This document shows positions 12,060-24,837 of a stretch of DNA of 64,000 nucleotides, piece by piece. Position 1 is the stretch's first letter. The number at the start of each line of letters is the position of its first letter. The translations under genes were made by a program, and so were the position numbers. Source of the DNA: Camelus ferus. Lineage: Eukaryota. A model generated the notes under the pieces. It worked only from the letters and a program-made list of their open reading frames with translations, was not told the DNA's origin and searched no databases. The stretch spans positions 49,106,001 to 49,170,000 of the forward strand of contig NC_045707.1 in NCBI RefSeq assembly GCF_009834535.1, written 5' to 3'.

Positions 12060-14300
12060 ATTTACTCATCTGAAACATGTTTATAGATGATTACTGTTAG
12101 CCAAGTATCTGCTAGAGCTGGAGAATGAAGAGTAAGGCATAGCCCCTGTTCTCAAGGATTTCATAGTTTAATGAATTATTTAGGCACTTGCACAGATGGT
12201 TGTGTATAACTAAGTAAATCACTGATTGATAAAGGTACCAGAGATTATGCACATTTTGATGAGAGGCAGCTAATTCATCCTGAGAGGTTATGGATTAGGG
12301 AGATGAAAGTTATTCCAGATTAGGAGACAGAATGAACAAAGATACTGAGTGGAGTGTTCAGGGTACTGGAAGTGTTTGTCTTGTCTGAGCATAAAGTAAA
12401 AATAAATGAGTAGCCAGAGTTGAAGCTGGTGAAATAGGCAGATTTCAAGTGAGGAAGACCTTATTTTTCCATTCTATGATATTTCCATCCTGCACATAAT
12501 GGAAGGTCGCTGAAGGGATTAAATCAGGGGAGTATAAAAGATAAAATTTTCATTTTACTTTCATTATTCTTGCAGCTATGTAGATGATAGATAAGAGGGG
12601 TTAAACGAGAAAGCAGTTTGGAGGCTAGTGCAGTGGTTTCTCTGAGAAATGAGGTCTGGCCCATGAGAATGGGTTCAGTGGTTTAAAGATAGAGGTAGTA
12701 ACAAATTTGAAATTTCTTTAAGAAGTAAAGGAGAAAAAAAAAAAAAACAATTTGGCAGGCAGCCACTATGGCAGAGAAGATGCTGTGTGTTCAGCATACC
12801 CATTACTTCTCCTCCTAGGCTTATAGACAGACTACATTTTCTAGGCTTCACTGCAGTTAAAGTGGCCTTATGACTTTTTACTGACCAGTGGGATATAGTT
12901 AGAATTGCTGTTTGCTACTTCTGGTCCTGGTTCATCAAAACCTTTTGCAATGTTGCATTTACTTCTCTTACTCCTTTGGATGTATAGGTTTCTGAGAAGC
13001 ATTCCAAGACCCCAGGGGAGGCAACAGCACTTGACAGAAGGAGACTGCAAACATGAATGACTCTAAGAAGCAAAGCCTCGCTATTGACTTGTATTGAAGT
13101 TTATTGTATTTAATTAGACATGTGTTTGTTATAAAAGTGGTTTACCTTACATAACTTACATAAGTGAAAAAAATGAACCAAAATGAACATATTTAGATGC
13201 AAAAGGATCATTTCAGTTTTGACATGGTGAATTTGAGGTAACAATGAAGTGATTACCAAAAAGGTAAAACTCTTCAAAGTAGATAAAGTCACTTAGGAGA
13301 ATGGTTGACTAAGAAAAATAGTAAATCAAGGACGAAATTCTGGGAGCACCAGAAGTTAGGAGTCAGAAATATAAGAAAAACAAGGAGCTGAAGGTGGACA
13401 GAGAGTTAAGATTAAATTCAAAGGGACTTGATTTTACCTTTTAAGATGTTAGATTTTTTTTTTTTACTCCTTAGATGATGGGAAGTCTCTAACTGACTTA
13501 ATCAGGGGAGTGATTTTATGAGCTTTGCATTTCAGTTGGATTACCCTGTAGCTGAGGAGATGACATGTTGGGCCTTAAAAACTAGAGAAGAATTGATAGG
13601 CTACTATAGTAGCTTTCATGGTTAATGCAAATCTGTCTTGGAAACGAAGTACGTAAAGTTTCAAGGTCAGAAAATGTAATTAATGGAGAGAATGATCAAA
13701 CATGCCAAATACAAGAGAGAGTTTTTTTTTTTAATATTGAGTTTGGCAATATGACAATCAACAGGGACTTTAGCCATGTTCTGTTGCGGTGAAGCCTGAC
13801 CAGAAGCGTGGGAAACAGAGACTGCAAAGTAGACAAGCTTTTTGGTGATGTAATGGCAGAAACTAGACTTTAGCCGGAGGCATGTGTTTAGGGTTAAGTG
13901 ATTTTTATCGTTGATTTTTGTTAGGAGGAAATAGATGGTTTATATGCTAAGGGGGAAAAATCAGAAGAGGAAGAAAAAAGAGCTTAAAGATTCTGCCGGA
14001 AGAGATAATTGACATATCAAAGTCCCAGGAGTAGGAGAGGAGTGGAATCAACATCCAAATTAATGATGGGCTAACCTGAATAGGACATGAAGGAAACTTC
14101 ATCATCAGAGACTAGAGGAAAGAAAAGTGAGTTGCTCCAGCATTAATGTCTGTAGGTGTGAGTGGCAGAAAGATGAGATGGTACATACCTGATTTCCTCT
14201 ATCTTCTCTAGAAGTGAGCAAAGACATTGCACAAGGTGCTGGAAAGTGCATGTATTAAAAAGGTCATTGAAGACACGAGAACACTGTAACCAAGGACAAA
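12060..14300 (-). mobile_element. Fragmented L2 (~2 kb) interrupted by an MLT1 LTR
   Basis: L2 antisense phrases throughout (agcccctgttctcaagga, gtttggaggctagtgcagtgg, tttggcaatatgacaatcaacagggacttt, agtagacaagcttttt). Confidence 0.6.
12765..13110 (+). mobile_element. MLT1 (I/J-type) MaLR LTR
   Basis: tatggcagaga...agactacattttctaggcttcactgcagtta...gctacttctggtcctgg. Confidence 0.65.
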
Positions 14301-14849
14301 TGAAAAGACCTATACATAGTACTGAAAATGATTTATTTTTACCTAGAAGCCAAGGACAATTGGCATGAACTTTCCAAATTTTCAGTATAATGATTAATTC
14401 AAGTGTTAGATTTCAGTTTCTAAAATCAATTATCTCTTGGTGCTCTGGGGGTTTAAATATGATGCTATTTTGTGATGAAAACTGTTATTACTGAGCTACC
14501 TTTTCTATTGACCATGTGTATAAATATATTTCCTTTATAATTAAAAAATAGCTTTAACTGCATAATCATTCACATGGGGCCCTTCCCCTGTCTTCATTTG
14601 TTAAGCTCATCTGGGAACATGAGTAGACAATAGTTCATCCTGTTAGTAATTCCACTTCTTGATTCTCTCATTTCTCACATATCATCCTAAAGCATGAAGA
14701 TAGGACAAGAAAAAAAATCCTCCTGAAATAGAAATTAAAGGGTATCTGCTCTTTGTTTACTGAAGAATTTCATGAAGTGAGATTGCCTACAAAATAAGCC
14801 TCAGGTGGTGTTGATGACAAAATCAGTAATATTATGGAATGGAAATGTC

Positions 14850-15130
14850 AAACACCACTTCTTCTGAGAGCCTTTTCCTGAAATACTCAGGTTACAGCTC
14901 CTTAGCCCTCTCTTATCGAACCGAACGTGCCTCTGATATAGCACTCTATGCGACAATATTAGGTGCCTTTATCTGCCTCCCATAATAAACTCAGTCTCTT
15001 GAAAATTGGGACCTTCAATTTTTCATTTATATTTCTAGCAATTTGAAGACTGCTTGGTACATTGTAGGCAATCACAAAGTGGTAATTGAGTAAAATTGAA
15101 AATAACTGAATTATTGAATAAATCAGTGAG
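14850..15130 (+). mobile_element. L2 3'-end relic
   Basis: cacttcttctgagagccttttcctga...tgcttggtacattgtaggcaatcacaaa...tgaattattgaata. Confidence 0.6.
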
Positions 15131-16679
15131 TAAATATTCTTATTCAGAGAAGATATAGATTCATTTGATTGAGTGCCAGATCACACAGGCAAAGCTACAG
15201 TTTATTTCCTCAAAACAAAAGTGAAACAGAAAAAGAAAATAAATGAATAAGTAAGCTTTTTCATTGTTGGTAGCAGGAATATGCAGAACATGTATCTCAT
15301 TTATACATACAATAGCTACTGTGATATACTTTCTTATTTGCTTAGAAATGCTGAAGAAAAAAACAGGAGAAATGCCAAGGAGTAAGACATGTACTACTGC
15401 ATTCAAGAGTAACACTGCATTACACAATACAGTTGGCAAAGGACCTCTTTATGGTCTAGTATTCTACAGCTCAGGAATAGAAAGTTCAATTAACAGTTAA
15501 AGTCACTGCATTGCAATTGGGATATAAATCACAGAGTAGACAGTGCTCTTATATTGGTTTTCTGGGTTTGCTAAGCAAAGAAGAAACATGGAGAAGCTTT
15601 CTGAAGATTTTTAAGGGTTACCAAATCTTTTCTTTGTGTTCATTTTTTAGTTTTTATTTTGAATCCATATCATTTTGTGAGAAAAGATGAAAAAAGTAAG
15701 TGAATACTTAGTTTATAGCAAAGCCATTAGGCCTAGAAAAATGGTTAATTTTATAAAAATGTATTGTTTTGTAATATTAATAAAGAAAATACTACTTCTA
15801 CTAATTGTAATGATTGAATTATTATTAAAATGAGTTCACCTTGAATAATTTCTTACAAGATCAAATATTCAGAAGCTGTGTTAAAATTTGAAAGCTGTAG
15901 ATTTTCTAAAACTAGTCATTTTAGCCCGATTTTAAAATTGATCATTTTAACACAGTCAATGCACTGGTAGTAATTTTGAATTGTTTTAGAATTACTTCCT
16001 CTCTTCTCAAGTGAGGTCACAGTATTAGTATAGCTAACTTCAACCTGTCACAAAAAGATGTTATAAGCACAAAGAATGAGAGACATGTAGATATTAAGGG
16101 AGCTACACCACTTTGTGATCTGAGGCCAAACTATTCTGAGCTTCGCTGTTTTCCATTTATGAAATTATTGCCCTGTGAAAAGTCTTATATCCTTTAAGAG
16201 TTCTCATGATAATCAAAGGATATACTTAAAACACTACCTACAGGGAAATTATTTTTAAACACTAGATGATTACATTTTCTCATATATTTAAAGTAATTTG
16301 GAATTACTGATCAATTGCTTGCATGTTACCTATAATTTGTTTTCTTTCATTATGTTGCTGGGATTTTATTCACAACTAAAAACATCAATAAATAGGTATT
16401 ATGCATATACACACACACCTCTGCTTTTGCTCCAAATTTGTTTTTTTCCTTAAGTACTATTATATTATGAAAAAATTAAAGAAAGAAAAGAAGCAGTTAG
16501 ATATTCTAACAGTGATACCAGGCTGCAATGCAGCTTAGGGGGCAAAGCACAGGAGAGAGAAAGAGAATTAGTCTTAACACTGATCTAAAATAGTTACCCA
16601 AAGTGAAAGTTTATCTTAAGTGAAAAAATACAGAAAAGGACTCACAGAAGATTAGAGCACTTATTCTGAAAAGGGACAA

Positions 16680-16848
16680 AATTTCCATTTGTCTACACAC
16701 ACACACACAAAATTTGTACATGAATGTTAATAGTAGCTTTATTTATAATGTTAAAAATTGAAAGTATCATAAATGCCTATCAACAGATGAATGGATAATC
16801 AAACTGTAGTATATCCATGCAATGGAATATTCAGCAATAAAAAGAACT
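16680..16848 (+). mobile_element. Old L1 (L1MB/MC-type) ORF2-end fragment
   Basis: ttgtacatgaatgttaatagtagctttattt...aaatgcctatcaacagatgaatggata...atccatgcaatggaatat. Confidence 0.8.
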
Positions 16849-17229
16849 TCCCTTCACTGAAACATGATTCTTCTTCTGAGTTTAAGCTCACAGGTACCAA
16901 CCTACCCCATGGCATCCCTCCACACACACAAGAACAAAGAGGGGGAAAGAGAAAGTGAGACTATCATAGAATTCACCTTCATGTCTGCTGCTCAATTATT
17001 CCATTTGAGCTTTGACAATGTAGAGCTTTAAAATTTACCCACATTTTAAATTAACTGCCTTTAGGAACATTATCTATTGTCACTCAGACCTTAACGATTT
17101 AACTGCGGGGCCAGTGCGTTTCTGGAATCACTGTAATTTTCACATAACAATAGTTCCTCTAGACTTCTTCTGGTGAGCTATAATTTGTTGTCATTCTTGA
17201 CGTCTTATCACCCAAAAACCAATCACTCC

Positions 17230-18130
17230 TTATCATCTAGGCAGCTGTAAGTCTGATCCAAACCACTATCAGCTCCCACTTGCAATATTCTTTTCCTGCT
17301 TCTGTACTTTCTCTTCTCCAATCTATTATTTATTTTAAAATTCAGGTCATATTAAGTTATATCATTGTTTAAAACCATCCAATGGTCACATCTCATTCAG
17401 AGAAAGAGTAGTAATCTGCTACAAGACCCTTAGGTAATACAAAGGACCAGACTCTCAAATCAGATTCATGTGAATAAAAAATCTTAGTACCAAGCTTTAC
17501 TAATCATTTCAAGGGTAAAAGTAATAATGAGGTACAGGCAAAGAAAAGAGTGTTCTAGATTATAACTCCCTAGGTCCTTTCTCACTGCCATCAGGATTTG
17601 CTCTGGTGCAGATTAAAATACAAAATCTGTAAGTACTGTAACTAGCTATAATATTTACTCAAAGATTTATGTTTGGATAATGAAATATCTCTATTTTATT
17701 CTCAAGTTTATGACATCTTTCCTAGAACTATGTGGTATTAACCCATCAATTCCAAGTTTTGTTTTTTTTTTTAATCGTATGTCATCCCAGATAGATCAGG
17801 TATATCCTACCAAAGCTTTCCATAGACAAGGACTCTCCTACCCACAAATAGTTTTTCTCAGACGGTTTGCTATTGTGAGATTTGTAATCATATTTGATTG
17901 GTTCATCTTTTTCATATCCCACAGATGTTCCAAGGTAAAAGTAGACTTACTCATTTGCTCTTTTTTTTTTTTTTTTTTTTTTTTACATTTTTCCTCTACT
18001 CATTTTCCCCCAGGCCTCTATGAGATTTGATTTTTAATTTTTTAAATGGCCTCATCTCCCACTTGTTTTTCCCTAGTTCATTCCACCTTAGTCATGCTAG
18101 TTTTCCTTTTTGTCCTCAAAGATACCAAAC
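17230..18130 (+). mobile_element. L2 relic in two pieces (~17230-17430 and ~18010-18130)
   Basis: aaaccactatcagctcccacttg...ttaaaaccatccaatgg; ggcctcatctccc...ccaccttagtcatgctagttttc. Confidence 0.5.
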
Positions 18131-20080
18131 AGTCCTCATTTCTTTTCATTCTTTTTCTGCTCAGCTTCAGTGATTTCCACTACTCTTCTAGCTCCCTGAT
18201 CTATTCCTCTGTAATCAGTCTACTGTTGATTCCTTCCAATGTGTTTTTCATCTCAGTTATTGTATTCTTCACCTCTATTTGGTTGTTCTTTGTATTTTTA
18301 TCTTTGTTGAAAACTTCTACTTCTCACTCTGTTCATTCATTTTCTCCCCCCAAGTTCTTTGATCATCTTTACTATCATTATCTTGAACTCTTTCTTGGGT
18401 AGATTACCTATCTCCACTTCACTTAGTTCTTTTGGTGTTTCAAGTTTCTCTGTTGCCTCATTTTGCCTAACTTGTTGTTTTCATCTCTGTGTATCTGGTA
18501 GGTATGTTACATTTCCCGACCTTGGAGAAGTGGCCTTTTGTAGGAGACAAACTATGCATCCCAGCAGCATTCTTCTCTCTGGTCACCACAGCTACATGCT
18601 CTAGGGGTGTCTCCAAGGTGGGTTGTGTGAATCCTTCTGTTGTGGCAGGCTGACTGCTATGGGTGGTCTGGTTGTCTGGTAGGAGTGGCTCATCCCTGGT
18701 CTAGTTTGTTGCTAGGCTCTGCCTTTGCTGAGGCTGCTGGCTACTGGTTGGCAGGGTCGGGTCATGAGGTTTCTGGTTGCAGAACCCTGGGGGCTCCTGG
18801 GGCTGGTCCTGGTGGGCAAAGTCAGGGTCCAGGATATCCTGGGGCTGGTGCCCTTTCAGCAGTGGGTCCTGGTGCTGATGCCGGCAGGCTGGTGGGCAGA
18901 GCCAGTTCCTGGGATCTGGCTGTAGGGCCCAGGGGTCCCAGAGATGGTGTTGGATTCCTGGTGGGTGAAACTACTTCCTGATACAGCTGAAAGTGGGGTC
19001 CAAGATGTCCCAAAGCTTGTGTTGATCTGCTGGTGGGGGGAACCAGGGCTCAGCCTGTTCTGGGGCTGGTGTTAGTCTACAGGTGGGTGGGCTGGGCTCT
19101 GCTGTGGCAGGCTGCAGGGCTGCAGTTGTCCTGGGGCTGGTATCTGCCTATTGGTGGTTGAAGCTGGTCCCAAGGATAGAGCAGGGTCATTGGTCGGCAG
19201 AGTTGGGTCCTAGGGTCTCTGGCTGCAGGGCCTTGGAGATCCCAGCTCTAGTACCCATGCACTATTACGTGAGGCCTGGTCCTGGGCCCTCTGTTGGGCA
19301 GACTGTCCAGGGGTGGCTGTGGGCTCAGAGAGTCTTAAGGCAGCCTATGTGCTAATGGGTAGGCTGTATCCTTGCTCAGTGAGTTGTTGGGCCTGAGGCA
19401 TCCCAGTATTGGGGCCTACAGCCTTATGAGTGAGGACAGGGATGGGTCCTGGGGCTAGAAAGCTAGAATGAAGATTCCAAAGTGGCATTTGTCAACACCA
19501 GTGTCCACATGGTAGACTGAGCTCCCCAAAATGGTTGCCACCAGTGTTTATGTCCCCAGGTTGATCCCCAGGTGCCTCCTGCCTCTCTGGAGACTTTCCA
19601 AGATCCGTAAATAATCTGATCCAGGCTTCTTTCAAATTACTGCTTCTACCCAGAGGAGCATGTGAGGTTTTGTTTGTGTTCTTTAAGAGTAAGTCCCTTT
19701 CCCCACAGCCCTCTGGGTCTCCCAAAAGTAAGCCCTACTGGCCTTCAAAGCCAAAAGTTCTGGGGGCTCATCTCCCCATTGCAGGATCCCCAAGTGGGGA
19801 GCCCCACATGGAGCTTAGGCCCCTCATTTCTTGGGGACCATTTTGGCAACTGTAACTATTCTCCCACTATCTGTGCACATGGGTCTTGACTATACAGTGA
19901 TTTCACCCTTCCTACCCGTCTTGTTGTGGTTCCTTTTTTATATCTTTAGTTGTAGAGAACCTTTTCTGGTAGGGTCCAGTCTCTTTCATCAATAGTTGTT
20001 CTATAAATAGTTGTAATGTTGGTGTGCCTGTGAGAGGAAGTAAGCTCAGGGTCTGTCTACTTTGTCATCTTGGGGACTCC
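18131..20080 (-). mobile_element. L1 5' fragment: GC-rich ~1.6-kb 5'UTR plus degraded ORF1 N-terminus
   Basis: Minus-strand ATG at 18461 reads MRQQRN...ELSEVEIGNLPKKEFKIMIVKMIKELG (L1 ORF1p-like, frameshifted); degenerate internal repeats in the UTR; 5' end ggagtccccaagatgacaaagtagacagaccctgagc with a decayed YY1-like motif. Confidence 0.85.
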
Positions 20081-20309
20081 GATCTAACACTTGCTTTAAT
20101 TTCTATGTAACACGTTGTTACCTGATCTTACTGGAACACTTTGTAGACACTAAAGCTTACCTTAAGTTACCTACTAAGAGTGCTATCAGCTTATCCATTC
20201 CTAGTTTTGGATAGTGTGGTATCAAAAATCTTATGTACCTAATAGGAACATCATGTCAGTTTCTTTCTCTTATTTTATTTCTCAAAGATCTGTTGATCCC
20301 AGAGGTTGT

Positions 20310-20560
20310 CATTCATTAATTTATTGAGCCAATCATATAGCCAACACTACTATAGATTACCTGATTTATAAAAGGCATTTTAGCAGATTCTGTAATTGAC
20401 AGTTGGAAAAAGTATGGTCCTTCCCACTACTTAATTTTTTTTAACAGATACTAGACTCATAAATAAGCTACTACAAATCAGTTTAAGTGCTATATTTGTA
20501 ATATATACAGAATTGCTATGGGAGCTCAAAAGAAGAACTTTATTTGACCTGGGCCAGTTA
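20310..20560 (-). mobile_element. L2 3'-end relic
   Basis: cattcattaatttattgagcc...atggtccttccc...aattgctatgggagctcaaaaga. Confidence 0.55.
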
Positions 20561-20739
20561 TGTCTATTTAGTCATTTAGTCTAAATTAGAAATATTAGAT
20601 AATGTCCCTCTTATACCTTGCTTCATTTTTTTTTACCTCCCTGTAAGCACAGAATGAAAGATTTACCTTCCATGGTTACTCTATGATATAAGTGGGGTTT
20701 ATCTGCTATCTAACATGCTTTGTATCATGAAAGGACCCA

Positions 20740-20860
20740 CATTCAATTTTCTCTTCTATAAAATTGACAGCAATGTGCAATTGTCAGAGTTGTAAGCATT
20801 AGATAAGAAAATATGATTAAAATATGGAGTACAATCTCTGGCCAGGAAAAACTTCTTGAG
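20740..20860 (+). mobile_element. MIR relic
   Basis: tcaattttctcttctataaaattg...cagagttgtaagcattagataaga. Confidence 0.5.
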
Positions 20861-20887
20861 AAACCTACATACCATTGTAAATAACTG

Positions 20888-21125
20888 CCCAGGCTCTGGA
20901 GTCAGATACGTTTAATTCAAATTCATGCCCCACCACTTACAGTCTGTGCAATCTTGGGCAAATAGTTTAATTTCTCTGTTCCTAAATTTCTTTATGTATA
21001 AATTTAGTACAATAATAGCACCCAGTTGATAGGGACTTTTGAAGATTAAATGTGGTACCTGCATGTAAATCACCAAGAAAAGCACTTGACACATAATAAC
21101 TAAGAATAATGTCACCTTTTATTAT
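20888..21125 (+). mobile_element. MIRb-like SINE
   Basis: aggctctggagtcagata...ttcaaat...ccaccacttacagtctgtgcaatcttgggcaaatagtttaatttctctgttcct. Confidence 0.85.
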
Positions 21126-22799
21126 TCTTCTCTTTACTATACTTATTTTAAGGAATATTATGAAAATAATGATCAAAGATAAGGCCACCTAAAAATACAG
21201 TGTAAATAGGCTGCTACTACATACAAATATTCTGCTTTTGTTCTGCTTGTTGCTTATAAAACACCTTTACTCTGACTAATGCTTAATCTTCCCACCTCAT
21301 CCATATGCGTTTGACTTTTTATTTTCACTTCACCTCCTGCCATGTAATTTAACTCAGCATTAAACTCATTCTTCTGTAATCTTTTAATGCTTTCCTGTCT
21401 GCTTATTGGGTTAATAAATACAAATTAGCACTTCCAAATATACTTTATAAATGCAAACAGTGAAATTGTTTGAAAAGCTGAAAAGTGCTCCCAAATAAAG
21501 AGCATAATACTGCAACATATTTTCATTGTGATAAGTACATTTTATTTGAAAATTTATTTATAGCATTTAGTCATAATTGTTTTTTTACTTTGTTCTATTT
21601 CTGCTGTCTTTTTAACAACTCTGTAATTGTAAGCATAATGCATTTCCTGTCTCCTTTCCAGTATTACTGACCTAGCTTAATAGGAACTCGAAAAAAAAAA
21701 AACAAAAAAACCTAACAATGGCATCCTAACAAAAAATCCTTAGATAAACAGAAAGTGGCATTTGAGATGTTTAAATAATTCCACAGTTTTATTGAGGCAT
21801 AAAGTAAAAATGGAAAGTTTTACAGTCCAGTGCTAGTTTTTCAATCTGGCTAGGAAAAAGTCCATCTCAAACTTATTTAGAACTATCTCACAGGAAAATC
21901 CTTGTCTTCTCAAATCATATGCTAAGTGCCTTATATTAACTGTATTTTCTGGTTTGCCTTGGTATCAGGGATCTCAAAAGTAAACGCAAAGGAAGTGTAA
22001 GTCTAACAAAACTGTATTTACATCTATCCGTTACCTTTGATTTTTAGCATAATTTCTTTTTAAATTAACCTTATTGTTATACTTTGTTATAAAATGACTC
22101 AGTCCTTTGAAGAGAGGCAAAAGATTAATACATTCAGTAAATTATTAACATCTTTAATATCTGGAGAACTTGCTGAAGATACTTAAGTCTCTTTCCACAT
22201 CAATAAACTAATAGCTCCTGTTGACATCAGTGAAAATTACAGGTATGACAATGGAACAAGAGATATACTACAAATAATACAAAATTTCTTCACAGTCCAA
22301 TATTAAGTTGTCAATTGTTAATTGCATTTTGAAAGAATTAGTCTGAATTCTAATTTATAGAACAAATTACTCTGGCATTCATGCTCTCAGGATGAAAAAA
22401 TGTATACTAATAATGCTTTCCTTTTGACATATGTGAAAACAGCTGAGTTTCTTTTTCACTTGAATTATTCATTTCAAGAAGAGCTCAACATTATTTTTCT
22501 AGGTATAAGACTACACCACTAATGAAGTTTGAATTGGTGTCATGCACTGATGTTATAAAGTTTTACTGCACTCAGTAATGTAGGTCAGAGCTATACTAAA
22601 TCACTTAGAAATATCAATTGCTGGCATCCAAGTGATAACAAAAACACCTAAAATATCCATATTAGATATCTTAGGATTCCTCTTCCATACATTCATCACC
22701 ATACATGAAGTAGAACAAACTAGAAGATAACATGCGTGACTCTAAGGCAATCAAACTGTGTTACTATCGATAATATACCAACACATCTACTAAATTAAA

Positions 22800-23190
22800 A
22801 GAAAAAAATCCAGTGTAAAAATGAAAATAGTACCTAGAAAGAATCTTTACAGAAGAAAAGACATAAACACAAAAGAAGAAATGTGAATATCCAATAAACT
22901 ATGGTCAAAATCGATAAAACTGAAAAGTGAGATGACTATAGTCTTTTATTCAGATAAGAGAAATTTAAAATACCATAAAGATTTAGAACATTCTCATACA
23001 CAGTTTATGGGAGTATGAATTCTTACATTTTTGAGGAAGAAACTTACACTATCTTTTAAAAATAAAGATAATTTATTTTGACCCCACTATCCTAAATTTG
23101 GGAATGAATCACACAACACAGGAGTAACAATACAATGACAATAGTATAAATGAACAAGAATTCATACTGCATCACTCCATAATGAAGATT
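22800..23190 (+). mobile_element. Old L1ME-type fragment
   Basis: cattctcatacacagtttatgggagtatgaatt...ttttgaccccactatcc...gggaat. Confidence 0.55.
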
Positions 23191-23199
23191 AAAGACTGA

Positions 23200-23661
23200 T
23201 GGTCATCGTACCTTCGGGACATCAGTGCCTTTCTGCAATCTTTTAATGTGTTCTAAGACCTGGGAGGCTGATGTGTACACACTGCATCAGAGATTCCCTT
23301 GCATTCTGAAGGGAGTTTCCAGTTGGGTTTAGATTGTGAAAGGAAGGAAAAGAGGAACATAAAGCCAGAATACTTATTATCCAGATTTGTTTCCTGCTAG
23401 GTTTCCATGGATTGGTTATATCCTTTAACCAAAGACCAAAGCTCCTGTCAAGAATTACTCTTCCTATTGCTATTTCTCTGAATTCTAACATGCTCCCTTC
23501 TCTTGGCCATTCCAGTTCCCTGGTGTTCCTAGCCCCTTGTTGCTACTAGCACTTTATTTTTAAAATTTTTTTCCCTAATACCTTTTAAAATAGTCCCTTT
23601 ATTAAATTATCTTCAGCTTGAGGGTGTACATCTTCTCTTAGCTGGGATCTTGCCTGATACA
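23200..23661 (+). mobile_element. LTR33-like ERVL solo LTR
   Basis: cctgggaggctgatgtgtacacactgcatca...ttccagttgggttt...aatagtccctttattaaa...gctgggatcttgcctgataca. Confidence 0.75.
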
Positions 23662-23869
23662 TCTATAAATAAGAAAATGGTTTAATAAATTCTAACATAG
23701 CGATACTCATAAAGTGCACTACATCTACATGTTTTGGCTTAGAGGAATATGTGTAATATAATGTAGAATAAGAGACTAAATTTAATAGCAAAATATGGCA
23801 CTAACGAAAAGAAGACAGCACACTAAGAAAAGATACATATATATATATAACTTAAATACAAATTAGTAT

Positions 23870-24829
23870 TGAAATTATACAAGAAATCTCACAAATCAAT
23901 TAGAAAAAGACAAAAACCCTAGTTTAAAAAATATATGGCAAATAATATGAACTGATAATTTACATAAGAGATAACCAATAGACTAATACATGAGACACAT
24001 GTAAGTCAAACACATAAGAAAAATGCTCTATTTTACTTATAATTAGGAAAATATAAATTAAAAGGAATGACATTTCACACACACATCACAGTGGTAATTT
24101 TTTTTAATGTAAATACTAAGTGTTAGAGATGATATGGAGAAAAAGGGGCTCTCATACAGAACTAGTTGGAGAGTAAATAGGTAGTACCAATAAGTAAGAA
24201 GCTATAGAATACATATTTGATAAATTGAGTATGTTTGTATGCTTGATGCAGTCATTTCACACCTAGATATATTCACCTAAGCAGGAGTCAGCAAACTTTA
24301 GCCTGAACCAGAACTATAGGGGGCTTGCTAAAACACAGATTGCTGTCTCTACCACCAGAGTTTCTAATCCAGGAGGGCTGGGGTGAGCCCTGAGAATTTC
24401 CATTTCTAAAAATTTCCCAGGTGATACTGATGCTGCTGGCCCAGGGCCCAAACTTTGAGAAGCATTGCTCTAGAGAAACTTTTACTCATGTATATAATGG
24501 GATATGTGAAAGACTGTTTACTACAGTACTATTTACAATAGTGAAAAATTGGAAACAAACTTAAAGCTCATTTGCAGAAGAGATATACAACTTGTGGTAT
24601 ATTTATACAAATAAATACTATAGACTTACTAAAATAAGTGAACAAAAAATCTACTTGCATAAATAGCGGTAGAACTCATCAACAAAATAGTGAGTAAAAC
24701 ATCTGTTTTCAAAAGAAAAAATTATATATATATTATATTCTAACAGGTAAAACACAAATCATCATTTGTGGAGAAACACTTATATATACAGTTACTTTTA
24801 AAAATATAGGAGTGGCACACTCTAAATTT
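23870..24829 (+). mobile_element. Old L1ME/MD 3' region (host of MER5A and of the younger L1); resumes at ~27410-27570
   Basis: ctcacaaatcaattagaaaaagac...ctcatacagaactagttggagagtaaatagg...aaaaattggaaacaaacttaaa; the continuation atagtgataaactctg follows the younger L1. Confidence 0.7.
24282..24467. mobile_element. MER5A hAT-Charlie MITE
   Basis: gcttgctaaaacacagattgctg...ccagagtttctaat...gagaatttccatttcta...tttcccaggtgatactgatgctgctggcc...actttgagaagcattg. Confidence 0.88.
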
Positions 24830-24837
24830 AAAATTGT

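Noticed and set aside
15651..15695. 45-nt AG...GTAAGT exon-like segment (FILNPYHFVRKDEK)
   Set aside because: Peptide unrecognised, body is very T/A-rich, and the phase is incompatible with directly joining the 8698-8766 candidate; likely a pseudo-exon.
18046..19889. Cluster of ORFs including Gly/Ala/Pro-rich ones
   Set aside because: Explained by antisense L1 ORF1 and the GC-rich repetitive L1 5'UTR.
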